This document shows positions 56,564 through 64,000 of a DNA stretch of 64,000 nucleotides, piece by piece; positions within the stretch are counted from its first letter, which is position 1, and every line of letters starts with the position of its first letter. The stretch is from an uncultured Gammaproteobacteria bacterium (GTDB lineage: Bacteria; Patescibacteriota; Microgenomatia; Daviesbacterales; UBA10151): NCBI GenBank assembly GCA_964396715.1, contig CAYNFQ010000001.1:21037-85036 (forward strand), given 5' to 3'. A program made the translations under genes and the position numbers. The notes beneath the pieces were generated by a model. That model was not told the DNA's origin, did no database searches, and was given only the letters and a program-made list of their open reading frames with translations.

Positions 56564-57454
56564 ATGGTCAAGATTTCGGTGGTTATCAATACCCTAAATG
56601 AAGAAAAAAATATTCAAAGGGCTATTGGATCTGTTGGGTGGGCGGATGAAATTGTTGTTTGTGATATGGACTCTGAAGATCAAACACGGGAAATTGCAGA
56701 AAAATCGGGTGCGAAGGTTTTTTTATGCAAAAGGCAAGGTTTTGTTGAACCAGCCAGAAATTTTGCCATATCAAAAGCCACAGGGAATTGGATACTAATT
56801 CTAGATGCCGATGAAGAAATCCCAGAAAGTTTAGCCAAAAGATTAAAAGAGTTGGTATCTAAGCAAATAACTTCAGATTATATAGAAATTCCCAGAAAAA
56901 ATATTATTTTCAGCAGGTGGATGAGCGCATCAGGTTGGTGGCCGGATTATCAGATTAGATTTTTCAAAAAAGGTGCTGTTGTCTGGAATAGCAAAATTCA
57001 TAGCAAGCCTAAGTTTAAAGGCATGGGCCTAAAACTTCCTGCAGAGGAAAAATTGGCTATCGTTCATCATAATTATCAAACTATTTGGCAATTTATTGAA
57101 AGGATGAATCGCTATACAACAATTGAGGCGGAACAGTTATTAAAAGATGGATATCAATTTAAGTGGACAGATTTATTTCAAAAACCTCTTGATGAATTTT
57201 TATCCAGATTTTTTGCCAACAAAGGATATCAGGATAGTTTACATGGTTTTGCATTAAGCTTGCTGCAGGCATTTGCATTTTTTACTACTTATCTAAAAGT
57301 ATGGCAGTTTCAGGGGTTTCAAGAAAACAAAATCACACTTTCAGAAGTAGAGCAGGAAAAGAAAAAAGGAGGGTATGCAATTGATTACTGGATGAAACAG
57401 GTTAAAAAATCGACAAATCCGTTTAAAGGTTTTTTTAAGAATTTGATCCATTGA
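56564..57454 (+). CDS. GT2 glycosyltransferase, WaaE/KdtX-like subfamily
   Basis: ISVVINTLNEEKN ... WADEIVVCDMDS ... LDADE motifs. Confidence 0.8.
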   Translation: MVKISVVINTLNEEKNIQRAIGSVGWADEIVVCDMDSEDQTREIAEKSGAKVFLCKRQGFVEPARNFAISKATGNWILILDADEEIPESLAKRLKELVSKQITSDYIEIPRKNIIFSRWMSASGWWPDYQIRFFKKGAVVWNSKIHSKPKFKGMGLKLPAEEKLAIVHHNYQTIWQFIERMNRYTTIEAEQLLKDGYQFKWTDLFQKPLDEFLSRFFANKGYQDSLHGFALSLLQAFAFFTTYLKVWQFQGFQENKITLSEVEQEKKKGGYAIDYWMKQVKKSTNPFKGFFKNLIH

Positions 57455-57473
57455 TTTAAATCATTAAAACAAA

Positions 57474-58274
57474 ATGTTAAGTGTAATAGTTATCACCAAA
57501 AACGAACAAGACAGAATAAGGGTTTGCCTGGAATCTGTTAAATGGGCTGATGAAATTGTTGTTGTGGATAATGGCTCAGTTGATAAAACGCTAGATTTGG
57601 CCAAAAAATACACGGATAAAATTTTTACATTTGATGATTTGGATTTTGCCTCACTTAGAAATAGGGGAATGGAGAAGGCGAGGGGAGATTGGGTATTGTA
57701 TGTTGATTCTGATGAAAGAGTACTGGCCTCGCTCAAAGAAGAAATTGAAAGTTTAATGCAAAAAGATCAATTCAGCGCCTATGCAATATCCAGAAAAAAT
57801 GTGATTTTAGGAGAGGAAGTAAGTTATGGTCCCTACAAAAAAGATTGGGTTGTCAGGCTTTTTCAAAAAAAGAATTTTGAGCTCTGGAGCGGTCAAGTGC
57901 ATGAATCCGCCCATTTCAAAGGAAAACTTGGATACACGAAGAATCTTCTTCTTCATTTAACTCATCGTGATATTGACCAGATAGTTTTAAAAAGTCTGGA
58001 GTGGTCCAAAATTGACGCAAAGTTAAGACATGATAGTAATCACCCAAAAATGTCCGGTTGGAGATTTTTAAGGATTCTGCTTAGTGAGTTTTTTAATCAG
58101 GGAATTAAAAGGGGTGGCTTTTTCAATGGAACAGTTGGGATTGTAGATTCAACGTTACAAGTCTTCAGTTTATTTATTACCTTTGTCAGGCTTTGGCAAA
58201 TGCAGCAGGAGAAACCGATGGATAAAATTTATGAGGAAATTGATAACAATTTGATAGAAAACGGATTCAAATGA
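57474..58274 (+). CDS. GT2 glycosyltransferase, WaaE/KdtX-like subfamily (paralog of the 56564 gene)
   Basis: LSVIVITKNEQDR ... WADEIVVVDNGS ... VDSDE motifs. Confidence 0.8.
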   Translation: MLSVIVITKNEQDRIRVCLESVKWADEIVVVDNGSVDKTLDLAKKYTDKIFTFDDLDFASLRNRGMEKARGDWVLYVDSDERVLASLKEEIESLMQKDQFSAYAISRKNVILGEEVSYGPYKKDWVVRLFQKKNFELWSGQVHESAHFKGKLGYTKNLLLHLTHRDIDQIVLKSLEWSKIDAKLRHDSNHPKMSGWRFLRILLSEFFNQGIKRGGFFNGTVGIVDSTLQVFSLFITFVRLWQMQQEKPMDKIYEEIDNNLIENGFK

Positions 58275-59338
58275 AAATAGCAATTTACTCTCCTTATTTA
58301 GATACCCTGGGTGGGGGAGAAAGGTATATTGCAGCAATTGCTGAAATCCTGTCTAAAAAACATAGTGTAGATTTATTTTTTGATAATCACCTGCAATCTT
58401 TCGGCATAGACATTCTCAAGAAACAGCTTTCGGAGAGATTCAATTTAGACCTTTCAAAAGTTAATGCAATAAAAGCACCAATAGGGACGACTTCCAGTAT
58501 TTTTCAAAGACTACTTTTCTTAAGAAGATATGATTTATTGATTTATTTAACAGACGGGAGTCTTTTTTTATCAACTGCCAAAAAGAACATTTTACATATT
58601 CAGTCTCCCCTGCCAGGGCCTAAAAGCTTTTGGGGTAGAATAAAACTTAAGAGTTGGGATGTCATAATTTATAATTCCCAGTTTACAAAGACAAATTCTT
58701 ATAAAAATTGGCCAATTTCATCATCAATTGTTTATCCTCCGGTTGATGTCAAAAAAATTAAACCCCTGAAGAAGAAAAATTATATATTATCGGTAGGAAG
58801 GTTTTTTGGGTATTTAAAAGACAAAAAACAAGAAGTTTTGATTGAAGTTTTCAAGGACCTTTACGATACAAATGAGATAAAGAATTGGAGTTTACATTTG
58901 GCAGGAGCTGCCTCGAAGGGAGATAAACCTTACCTTAATGAGTTACAGAGTTTGGCTAAGGGTTTTCCAATTTATTTTTATCCTAATTTAGAATTTGAGG
59001 AATTAGTTAAATTATACGGGCAATCAAGTATTTACTGGCACGCTTCCGGATATAAAGAAGATGATCCCACCAGGATGGAACATTTTGGCATCAGTACGGT
59101 TGAAGCAATGGCAGGAGGTTGTGTTCCGGTCGTTATTAAAAAAGGCGGACAAGTAGAGATAGTAAGAGATGGAAAGTGTGGTTTTTTGTGGGACAGCGTA
59201 GATCAGTTAAAGGACTTTACTGTAAAATTAATTATTGATGAAAGACTGAGGGGAAAAATGGCAAATGTTGCTATTTTGGAAGCTGCTCGGTTTTCCAAAG
59301 ATAAATTCAGAGATAGTATTTTAAAAATTATCAAATAA
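58271..59338 (+). CDS. GT4 (GT-B fold, group 1) glycosyltransferase
   Basis: C-terminal EHFGISTVEAMAGGCVPVV...GG (E-x7-E region). A 4-bp overlap couples it to the upstream gene. Confidence 0.85.
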   Translation: MKIAIYSPYLDTLGGGERYIAAIAEILSKKHSVDLFFDNHLQSFGIDILKKQLSERFNLDLSKVNAIKAPIGTTSSIFQRLLFLRRYDLLIYLTDGSLFLSTAKKNILHIQSPLPGPKSFWGRIKLKSWDVIIYNSQFTKTNSYKNWPISSSIVYPPVDVKKIKPLKKKNYILSVGRFFGYLKDKKQEVLIEVFKDLYDTNEIKNWSLHLAGAASKGDKPYLNELQSLAKGFPIYFYPNLEFEELVKLYGQSSIYWHASGYKEDDPTRMEHFGISTVEAMAGGCVPVVIKKGGQVEIVRDGKCGFLWDSVDQLKDFTVKLIIDERLRGKMANVAILEAARFSKDKFRDSILKIIK

Positions 59339-59339
59339 T

Positions 59340-60458
59340 ATGAAGAAAATTTGGATAATTTTAACTGTAGCAATAGCATTGAGAATATTTTTATCCTTTG
59401 CCACACTTCATCCCGATATTGTCTCGCTCATGGAGGGAGGGAAGGTTTTAACAAGGGGGCATATTTTAGATCTGTATGATTATAGTTCGGATAAAATTGT
59501 TTTTAATTATCCACCGTCAATTTATTGGTATTTCGGCTTATTAAACTTCCTTTTCAGCTCTTTGGGGTTTTTAAAACTGCCTTATATAATTTTTGATATT
59601 GCAATAGCAACACTTCTTTCCAAAATGGCTGGTCCGAAAAAATCAATGGCCGCATTTGCATTATGGTTGTTTAATCCGGTAAGCATTTACGCAACTTACA
59701 TGATGGGACAGTTTGATATTATCCCCACTTTTTTCTCTGTACTTTCAATATATTTGGCTTTCAAAACTAGATTGAGCTGGTCTGCTTTTGCTTTAGGGAT
59801 GGGTATTGCATTTAAGCTATACCCCCTGTTTTTAGTTGTTCCTTTAATCCTTTTGGGAAAAGGTTTTTGGACTAAAGTTAAGCTGGTAATCTTTGCCCTG
59901 ATACCTTATTTAGTTTCTGTTTTGCCATACATTCAATCATCCAGTTTTAGATCACAGGCTTTATTTGCCAATCAGAGTTCAAAAAGTTTATATGCTGCAA
60001 TCCCCGTTTCAGGAGGGGAGGCTATCTTGCTGTTTCCTTTGTTTCTGCTGCTTTTTTATCTTTATATTTGGAACAGGCAAAACAGTACAATGAATTTATG
60101 GAAAGTTTTCTTAATACCATTGCTTTTATTTTTTATTCTTACACACTACCATCCACAGTGGCTAATATGGGTAATACCATTTTTAATTTTGGGTTTGGTA
60201 ATTAACAATTTTCAAAACTTATATTTATACGTTTTGATTTTGGGAAGCTGGTTTTTCTCCCTTTTCTTTTTTGATTCTTCTTTGACGTTAGGAATGCTTG
60301 CTCCTCTTTTTCCTGCCTTAAGGGAAATTCCCGATATCTGGACAATTTTGGGTATTGGCGTAGATTACAATTTGGCAAGGAGTATTTTACAAACAGTTTT
60401 TGCTTCAGCTTCTTTCTACCTTATTTATACTTATTTTCCAAAGAAAGAAAATGCTTAA
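59340..60458 (+). CDS. polytopic membrane protein, DUF2029/GT87-like candidate glycosyltransferase
   Basis: 372 aa, about 10 TM helices, WLFNPVSIYATYMMGQFDIIPTFF ... FKLYPLF blocks. Confidence 0.45.
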   Translation: MKKIWIILTVAIALRIFLSFATLHPDIVSLMEGGKVLTRGHILDLYDYSSDKIVFNYPPSIYWYFGLLNFLFSSLGFLKLPYIIFDIAIATLLSKMAGPKKSMAAFALWLFNPVSIYATYMMGQFDIIPTFFSVLSIYLAFKTRLSWSAFALGMGIAFKLYPLFLVVPLILLGKGFWTKVKLVIFALIPYLVSVLPYIQSSSFRSQALFANQSSKSLYAAIPVSGGEAILLFPLFLLLFYLYIWNRQNSTMNLWKVFLIPLLLFFILTHYHPQWLIWVIPFLILGLVINNFQNLYLYVLILGSWFFSLFFFDSSLTLGMLAPLFPALREIPDIWTILGIGVDYNLARSILQTVFASASFYLIYTYFPKKENA

Positions 60459-61881
60459 AACGGGTGTGATTTTAATTACCTTTATTATAGCTGGATGGTT
60501 TTTACTTACCTTTAAATTAACAGATGTCCCCCCGGGGATTAACGGAGATGAGGCGGCAATTGGGTTAAATGCAATATACGTTGCAAAGGATGGTTATGAT
60601 TTGAAAGGTAATTTTTTGCCGATTTTTACATCCCTTCCGGATTCTTCGGATTGGAAACAACCGATAACATTTTATTCCGAAGTATTGGCATTTAAATTTT
60701 TTGGACCATCATACTTTACTTTAAGAGCTGTAAGCGTTTTTTATGTGCTTTTATCTGCCGTATTAATTTTTTCTTTAATAAAAATGCTTTTAGGAAGGTT
60801 TTTGGCAAGCTTAGGAGTACTGCTTTTTCTAACCACTCCAATTATGGTAATCCAATCACATTTGGCAATGGAAAATATAGCACCGATTCCATTTGTTATA
60901 CTCTGGTTGATTGGAATTTTGAAATACAGCCAACAAGGAAAAGAGCGCTATCTTGTTTTGATGGGGTTAAGTTTAATTGCAGCTTTTTACTCTTATTTGG
61001 GAATGAGGCTTATGGTGCCGATTTTATTTTTGTTGTCGGCAGCACTTATTTTATATGCGAACAGGCAAAAAAAATTAAAAGTTTTGCTGCGGCAGGAAAT
61101 TATCTTCGCTGTCTTATTTATACCTTTTGCAATTTCATTATTATTTTTTAAAAATCAATATCCCGGATCTCTTTGGGGATTATACAGGCCATATATAGTT
61201 GATTCTTACCAAACCTTTTTTCTGCCATACTTTTCTAATTTTGACCCATCTTTTTTGTACATATTTGGGGATACAACTCCGTATCATTCAACCGGCAAAT
61301 ATGGCATGTTTTTGATTGCGACCCTGCCACTGTTTATTTTAGGAATCATCAAAATAGTCAAGTTGAATCAACTGATACCAAATTTTATAATACTGTCATT
61401 TTTCTTACCCCCTATTTTATTTGGATTTGGCTCCACAATTCATAGGGCAAGCAGGCTTTTAGGTTTAGTGCCAGTGTATGTGATTATTTGTTGTTACGGG
61501 CTAATTTTTCTACTTGAGTATAAAAGGATTTTTAAAGTACCAATTTTATTTGTCGGAGTTTTGCTTATTTTTTTAAATTTTTCGGATTTTATTAAAGACT
61601 ACTGGTTTGAGTATCCCAAAAGAGTGCAATCAGAATTTGCCAGGCCTTATCATTTAGGATTTGAAAAATTATATGAGGAATCAAAAAAACATAATTTGAT
61701 ACCTTTGGTGCAAAATGATCTGCATATGCAAAATTCTACAGCATTTAGTTTTTTTGAGCTTACTTTTTTCCCGCAACCTGTAAAAAAATGGTCTAACCTG
61801 GAAAAAATCCCTCCAAGGAGTGCGATACTGATAGGAAGTGGCAGTGATTTTCGTATTATGATTAATAAAAATGACAGATGA
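60451..61881 (+). CDS. PMT/ArnT-like GT-C glycosyltransferase
   Basis: The ATG at 60451 overlaps the upstream stop. First-loop GINGDEAAIGLNAIY DE motif. Polytopic. Confidence 0.65.
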   Translation: MLKTGVILITFIIAGWFLLTFKLTDVPPGINGDEAAIGLNAIYVAKDGYDLKGNFLPIFTSLPDSSDWKQPITFYSEVLAFKFFGPSYFTLRAVSVFYVLLSAVLIFSLIKMLLGRFLASLGVLLFLTTPIMVIQSHLAMENIAPIPFVILWLIGILKYSQQGKERYLVLMGLSLIAAFYSYLGMRLMVPILFLLSAALILYANRQKKLKVLLRQEIIFAVLFIPFAISLLFFKNQYPGSLWGLYRPYIVDSYQTFFLPYFSNFDPSFLYIFGDTTPYHSTGKYGMFLIATLPLFILGIIKIVKLNQLIPNFIILSFFLPPILFGFGSTIHRASRLLGLVPVYVIICCYGLIFLLEYKRIFKVPILFVGVLLIFLNFSDFIKDYWFEYPKRVQSEFARPYHLGFEKLYEESKKHNLIPLVQNDLHMQNSTAFSFFELTFFPQPVKKWSNLEKIPPRSAILIGSGSDFRIMINKNDR

Positions 61882-63494
61882 AACCTAAGATATGGCTGAT
61901 CGGTTTATTGTTTATTGCAGCGCTTTTTATAAGATTGGTTCCCATAAATTACCCTTTTTTTAGCGAAGAAGAAACAAGAATTGCCTACAGGGGTTATACG
62001 CTCTCTATCTTTGGCACTGATGAGCTGGGCCGTAAATTTCCCTTTATTTTTAATTCCTCGTCCGATTATCAGTTACCGGTAGCCTCCTATACTACAGCTT
62101 TGGGCACTGCTATATTTGGAAAAACAGATTTTGGGGCAAGAATAATGTTTGTTCTTATCGGCACTCTGGTAGTATTTTTAACTTATAAAGTAGCTCCCCT
62201 GTTTTCCTTTGGGAAACAATATGCTTTTTTTAGCGCATTAATTGTTGCTTTTTCTCCGGTACTGATCTTTTTTTCCAAAATACCCAATGAATTTATCATT
62301 CTGATACTTTTAATCCTCGTCTTACTATACCTCCTTTCCAGAAAGAAAATAAATTATTTTTTTGTTTTTGGCAGTATTTTTTTTGTTTTACTGACATCCA
62401 AACTTGCCTGGTTTATTTTGCCCCCCTTTATTACACTGACTGTTTTTTCATTTGATCTTAATTTATCCAGAAAGCAAAAAGTTAAATTTTCTATTTTCAG
62501 CCTCTTTTTATCTTTCATTATGATTATTGTATTTTTACAAATTCCCCAAGGACAAAGGAGTTTTTTGGAAAATAATTTTTATACTTTGCAGGGTGGCACT
62601 ATTAAAAATGCAATAGAAACTTTAAGAGGGCAGGGTTTGGAATCTCGCTGGCCTAATCTTTTGGAAAAGTTTTTGTTTAATAAAGGAGAATATTTTTTTG
62701 TCGGGACAATGCATTGGTTATTGCATCTTCAGCCAAGCGTCTTGTTTGGTCAATTTGACAACAGTAGCAAATATAGTTTTATAAGCATGGGGGCATACCC
62801 TAAAATTCTGATAATCCCTTTTATTTTAGGTCTGGTTTCACTTATCAAGAAAAGTTCGGATATCAAAACTAGAACACTCTTTATTTATCCGCTTATTTTA
62901 ACTTACCCTTTAAGTTTTATTTATCCGCTGCAAAATCCCCAAATTGTTATATTAATTTTACCGTTTTTATCTTTCGTCTGTGCTTTTGGTTTAATAAATT
63001 TAACTAAACCCATAAAGAGTTTAATTGTCATCCTGGCTATCTTAGAATTATTAATCAATTCATTTAATCCTTCTTTTGATTCGAAAGTTGCAAATAGTTT
63101 CCGTCCGAATTGGATTAAAAATATTGTAAATGAAGGATATGTTTTATCAAAAGACGCCAATGTGGCAATTTCTGACGATATTACCTCAGATATCACCCCC
63201 TTTTTGCAATGGCATACATTTGTTGGTATTGAAAATGCTGCCGTAGGCCAATTTCCTTATAAATTTCACCAGACACAACTTCAAAATATTAAAATTATTG
63301 GCTCAGACGACATTTTTTATAATTGTGGTTTTGATAAACCCACCTTTATTATTGCCAGCAAGCGCGATTATAAAGAAATTAAAAGGTGGTTAAATATAAC
63401 TACTGATGAGAAATTGACAAAGGTATATAAAGATAACCTGGAACAGGAGGTAGCAAATCTTTTGGAGCCAACCATATGCGTACGCAAATCTTAA
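61878..63494 (+). CDS. PMT/ArnT-like GT-C glycosyltransferase
   Basis: First-loop FFSEEETRIAYRGY acidic motif. Polytopic with a C-terminal soluble domain. A 4-bp overlap couples it to the upstream gene. Confidence 0.6.
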   Translation: MKPKIWLIGLLFIAALFIRLVPINYPFFSEEETRIAYRGYTLSIFGTDELGRKFPFIFNSSSDYQLPVASYTTALGTAIFGKTDFGARIMFVLIGTLVVFLTYKVAPLFSFGKQYAFFSALIVAFSPVLIFFSKIPNEFIILILLILVLLYLLSRKKINYFFVFGSIFFVLLTSKLAWFILPPFITLTVFSFDLNLSRKQKVKFSIFSLFLSFIMIIVFLQIPQGQRSFLENNFYTLQGGTIKNAIETLRGQGLESRWPNLLEKFLFNKGEYFFVGTMHWLLHLQPSVLFGQFDNSSKYSFISMGAYPKILIIPFILGLVSLIKKSSDIKTRTLFIYPLILTYPLSFIYPLQNPQIVILILPFLSFVCAFGLINLTKPIKSLIVILAILELLINSFNPSFDSKVANSFRPNWIKNIVNEGYVLSKDANVAISDDITSDITPFLQWHTFVGIENAAVGQFPYKFHQTQLQNIKIIGSDDIFYNCGFDKPTFIIASKRDYKEIKRWLNITTDEKLTKVYKDNLEQEVANLLEPTICVRKS

Positions 63495-64000
63495 GTAAAT
63501 ATACATACATAATAATCATCATTTTAATTGGGGCCTTTTTGCGGTTTTATAAATTATCCGAATTTCCCCCTCAGTTAAACCATGATGAAATATCCCAACT
63601 ATATGACGCTATCTCTATTGCACAAACAGGAAAAGATGTTTATGGTAATTTCCTCCCCGTAGTATTTCAATCAACAGGAGATTATAAACCGGCCCAATAT
63701 ACCTATCTTTCCACCATACCCTATTTATTTTGGGGCGATCAGGAAATAACTATCAGGATTACTGCGGCATTTTTTGGGACATTAACTATTGGAGCTGTTT
63801 TTTTGTTTATGAATGCATTAACTAAAAATTTTAACTTAGCCCTTCTTTGCAGTGCAATGATTGCCATTACTCCTTCGGAGATTTTCTATTCCAGAAAAAG
63901 TTTTGAAAGTGTTATTGGAGTCACTCTTTACTTTTTTGGCTTATTTTGTTTACTAAATCTTTTAGAAAAGACCAAAGTAAAAATTTGGGGATATTTGGCA
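63476..64000 (+). CDS. PMT/ArnT-like GT-C glycosyltransferase, 3'-truncated by the window edge
   Basis: The ATG at 63476 overlaps the upstream stop. QLNHDEISQLYDAI DE motif. The frame stays open to the window end. Confidence 0.55.
   Translation, partial: MRTQILSKYTYIIIIILIGAFLRFYKLSEFPPQLNHDEISQLYDAISIAQTGKDVYGNFLPVVFQSTGDYKPAQYTYLSTIPYLFWGDQEITIRITAAFFGTLTIGAVFLFMNALTKNFNLALLCSAMIAITPSEIFYSRKSFESVIGVTLYFFGLFCLLNLLEKTKVKIWGYLA

Noticed and set aside
56598-56798. Small listed ORFs embedded in other frames of GT genes (for example 56598..56798, 44777..44959, 28472..28666)
   Set aside because: They overlap strong CDSs in alternative frames. No support.
1-64000. Alternative genetic code (UGA recoded as Gly or Trp, as in some CPR lineages)
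   Set aside because: Many well-supported genes terminate at TGA at the expected protein ends (for example the DNA methyltransferase, the CAP protein and secA neighbours), and an RF2 gene is present. The standard code fits.
1-64000. tRNA, rRNA or CRISPR arrays
   Set aside because: I saw no T-loop-like GTTCGAATC-type motifs in a cloverleaf context, no rRNA-like GC-rich conserved blocks and no regularly spaced direct repeats in this window.

Overview
This is a 64 kb low-GC (~35-40%) window that reads like a Candidate Phyla Radiation / Patescibacteria (Microgenomates-like) genome; the lineage call is inference only. It uses the standard genetic code, with TGA as a stop at many well-supported gene ends. 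Coding density is high, mostly on the + strand, with many 4-bp ATGA/overlap translational couplings. I found no tRNA, rRNA or CRISPR. The first ~10 kb is housekeeping: lysS, two HD-domain hydrolases, serS, secA and an Nnr dehydratase. The middle carries tsaE, the FtsE/FtsX/M23-peptidase (EnvC-like) divisome module, prfB (RF2 with an SPF motif and no frameshift) and a truncated tsaB. The dominant feature is a very large envelope-glycosylation island, roughly 10 kb to the window end. It holds at least 16 polytopic GT-C-fold membrane glycosyltransferase-like proteins in several paralog families: PMT/ArnT-like proteins with a first-loop DE motif, a 'DxxRD...IGPPTS...GPLYYY' family, two tandem pairs of large novel paralogs, and YfhO-like and DUF2029-like proteins. 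It also holds polyprenyl-phosphate-sugar synthase-like GT2 enzymes, one fused to a GtrA domain and one fused directly to a GT-C domain. Other members are two WaaE-like GT2s, a GT4, a Wzx flippase, galE, the rmlA/rmlB/rmlC dTDP-rhamnose genes, gmd, and a SAM methyltransferase. Accessory insertions lie inside this island. One is a Type II restriction-modification pair (alpha-class amino-methyltransferase plus a PD-(D/E)xK-like nuclease) with an adjacent HsdS-like remnant. Another is an RHH-PIN toxin-antitoxin module whose promoter carries a perfect inverted-repeat operator. There is also a secreted DUF1080-lectin/LCAT-like lipase. Further oddities are GC-rich palindromic in-frame insertions in the HD hydrolase and at the lysS C-terminus, a 4x heptanucleotide repeat inside a GT-C gene, and -10 boxes placed 8-10 nt before ATG that suggest leaderless mRNAs.
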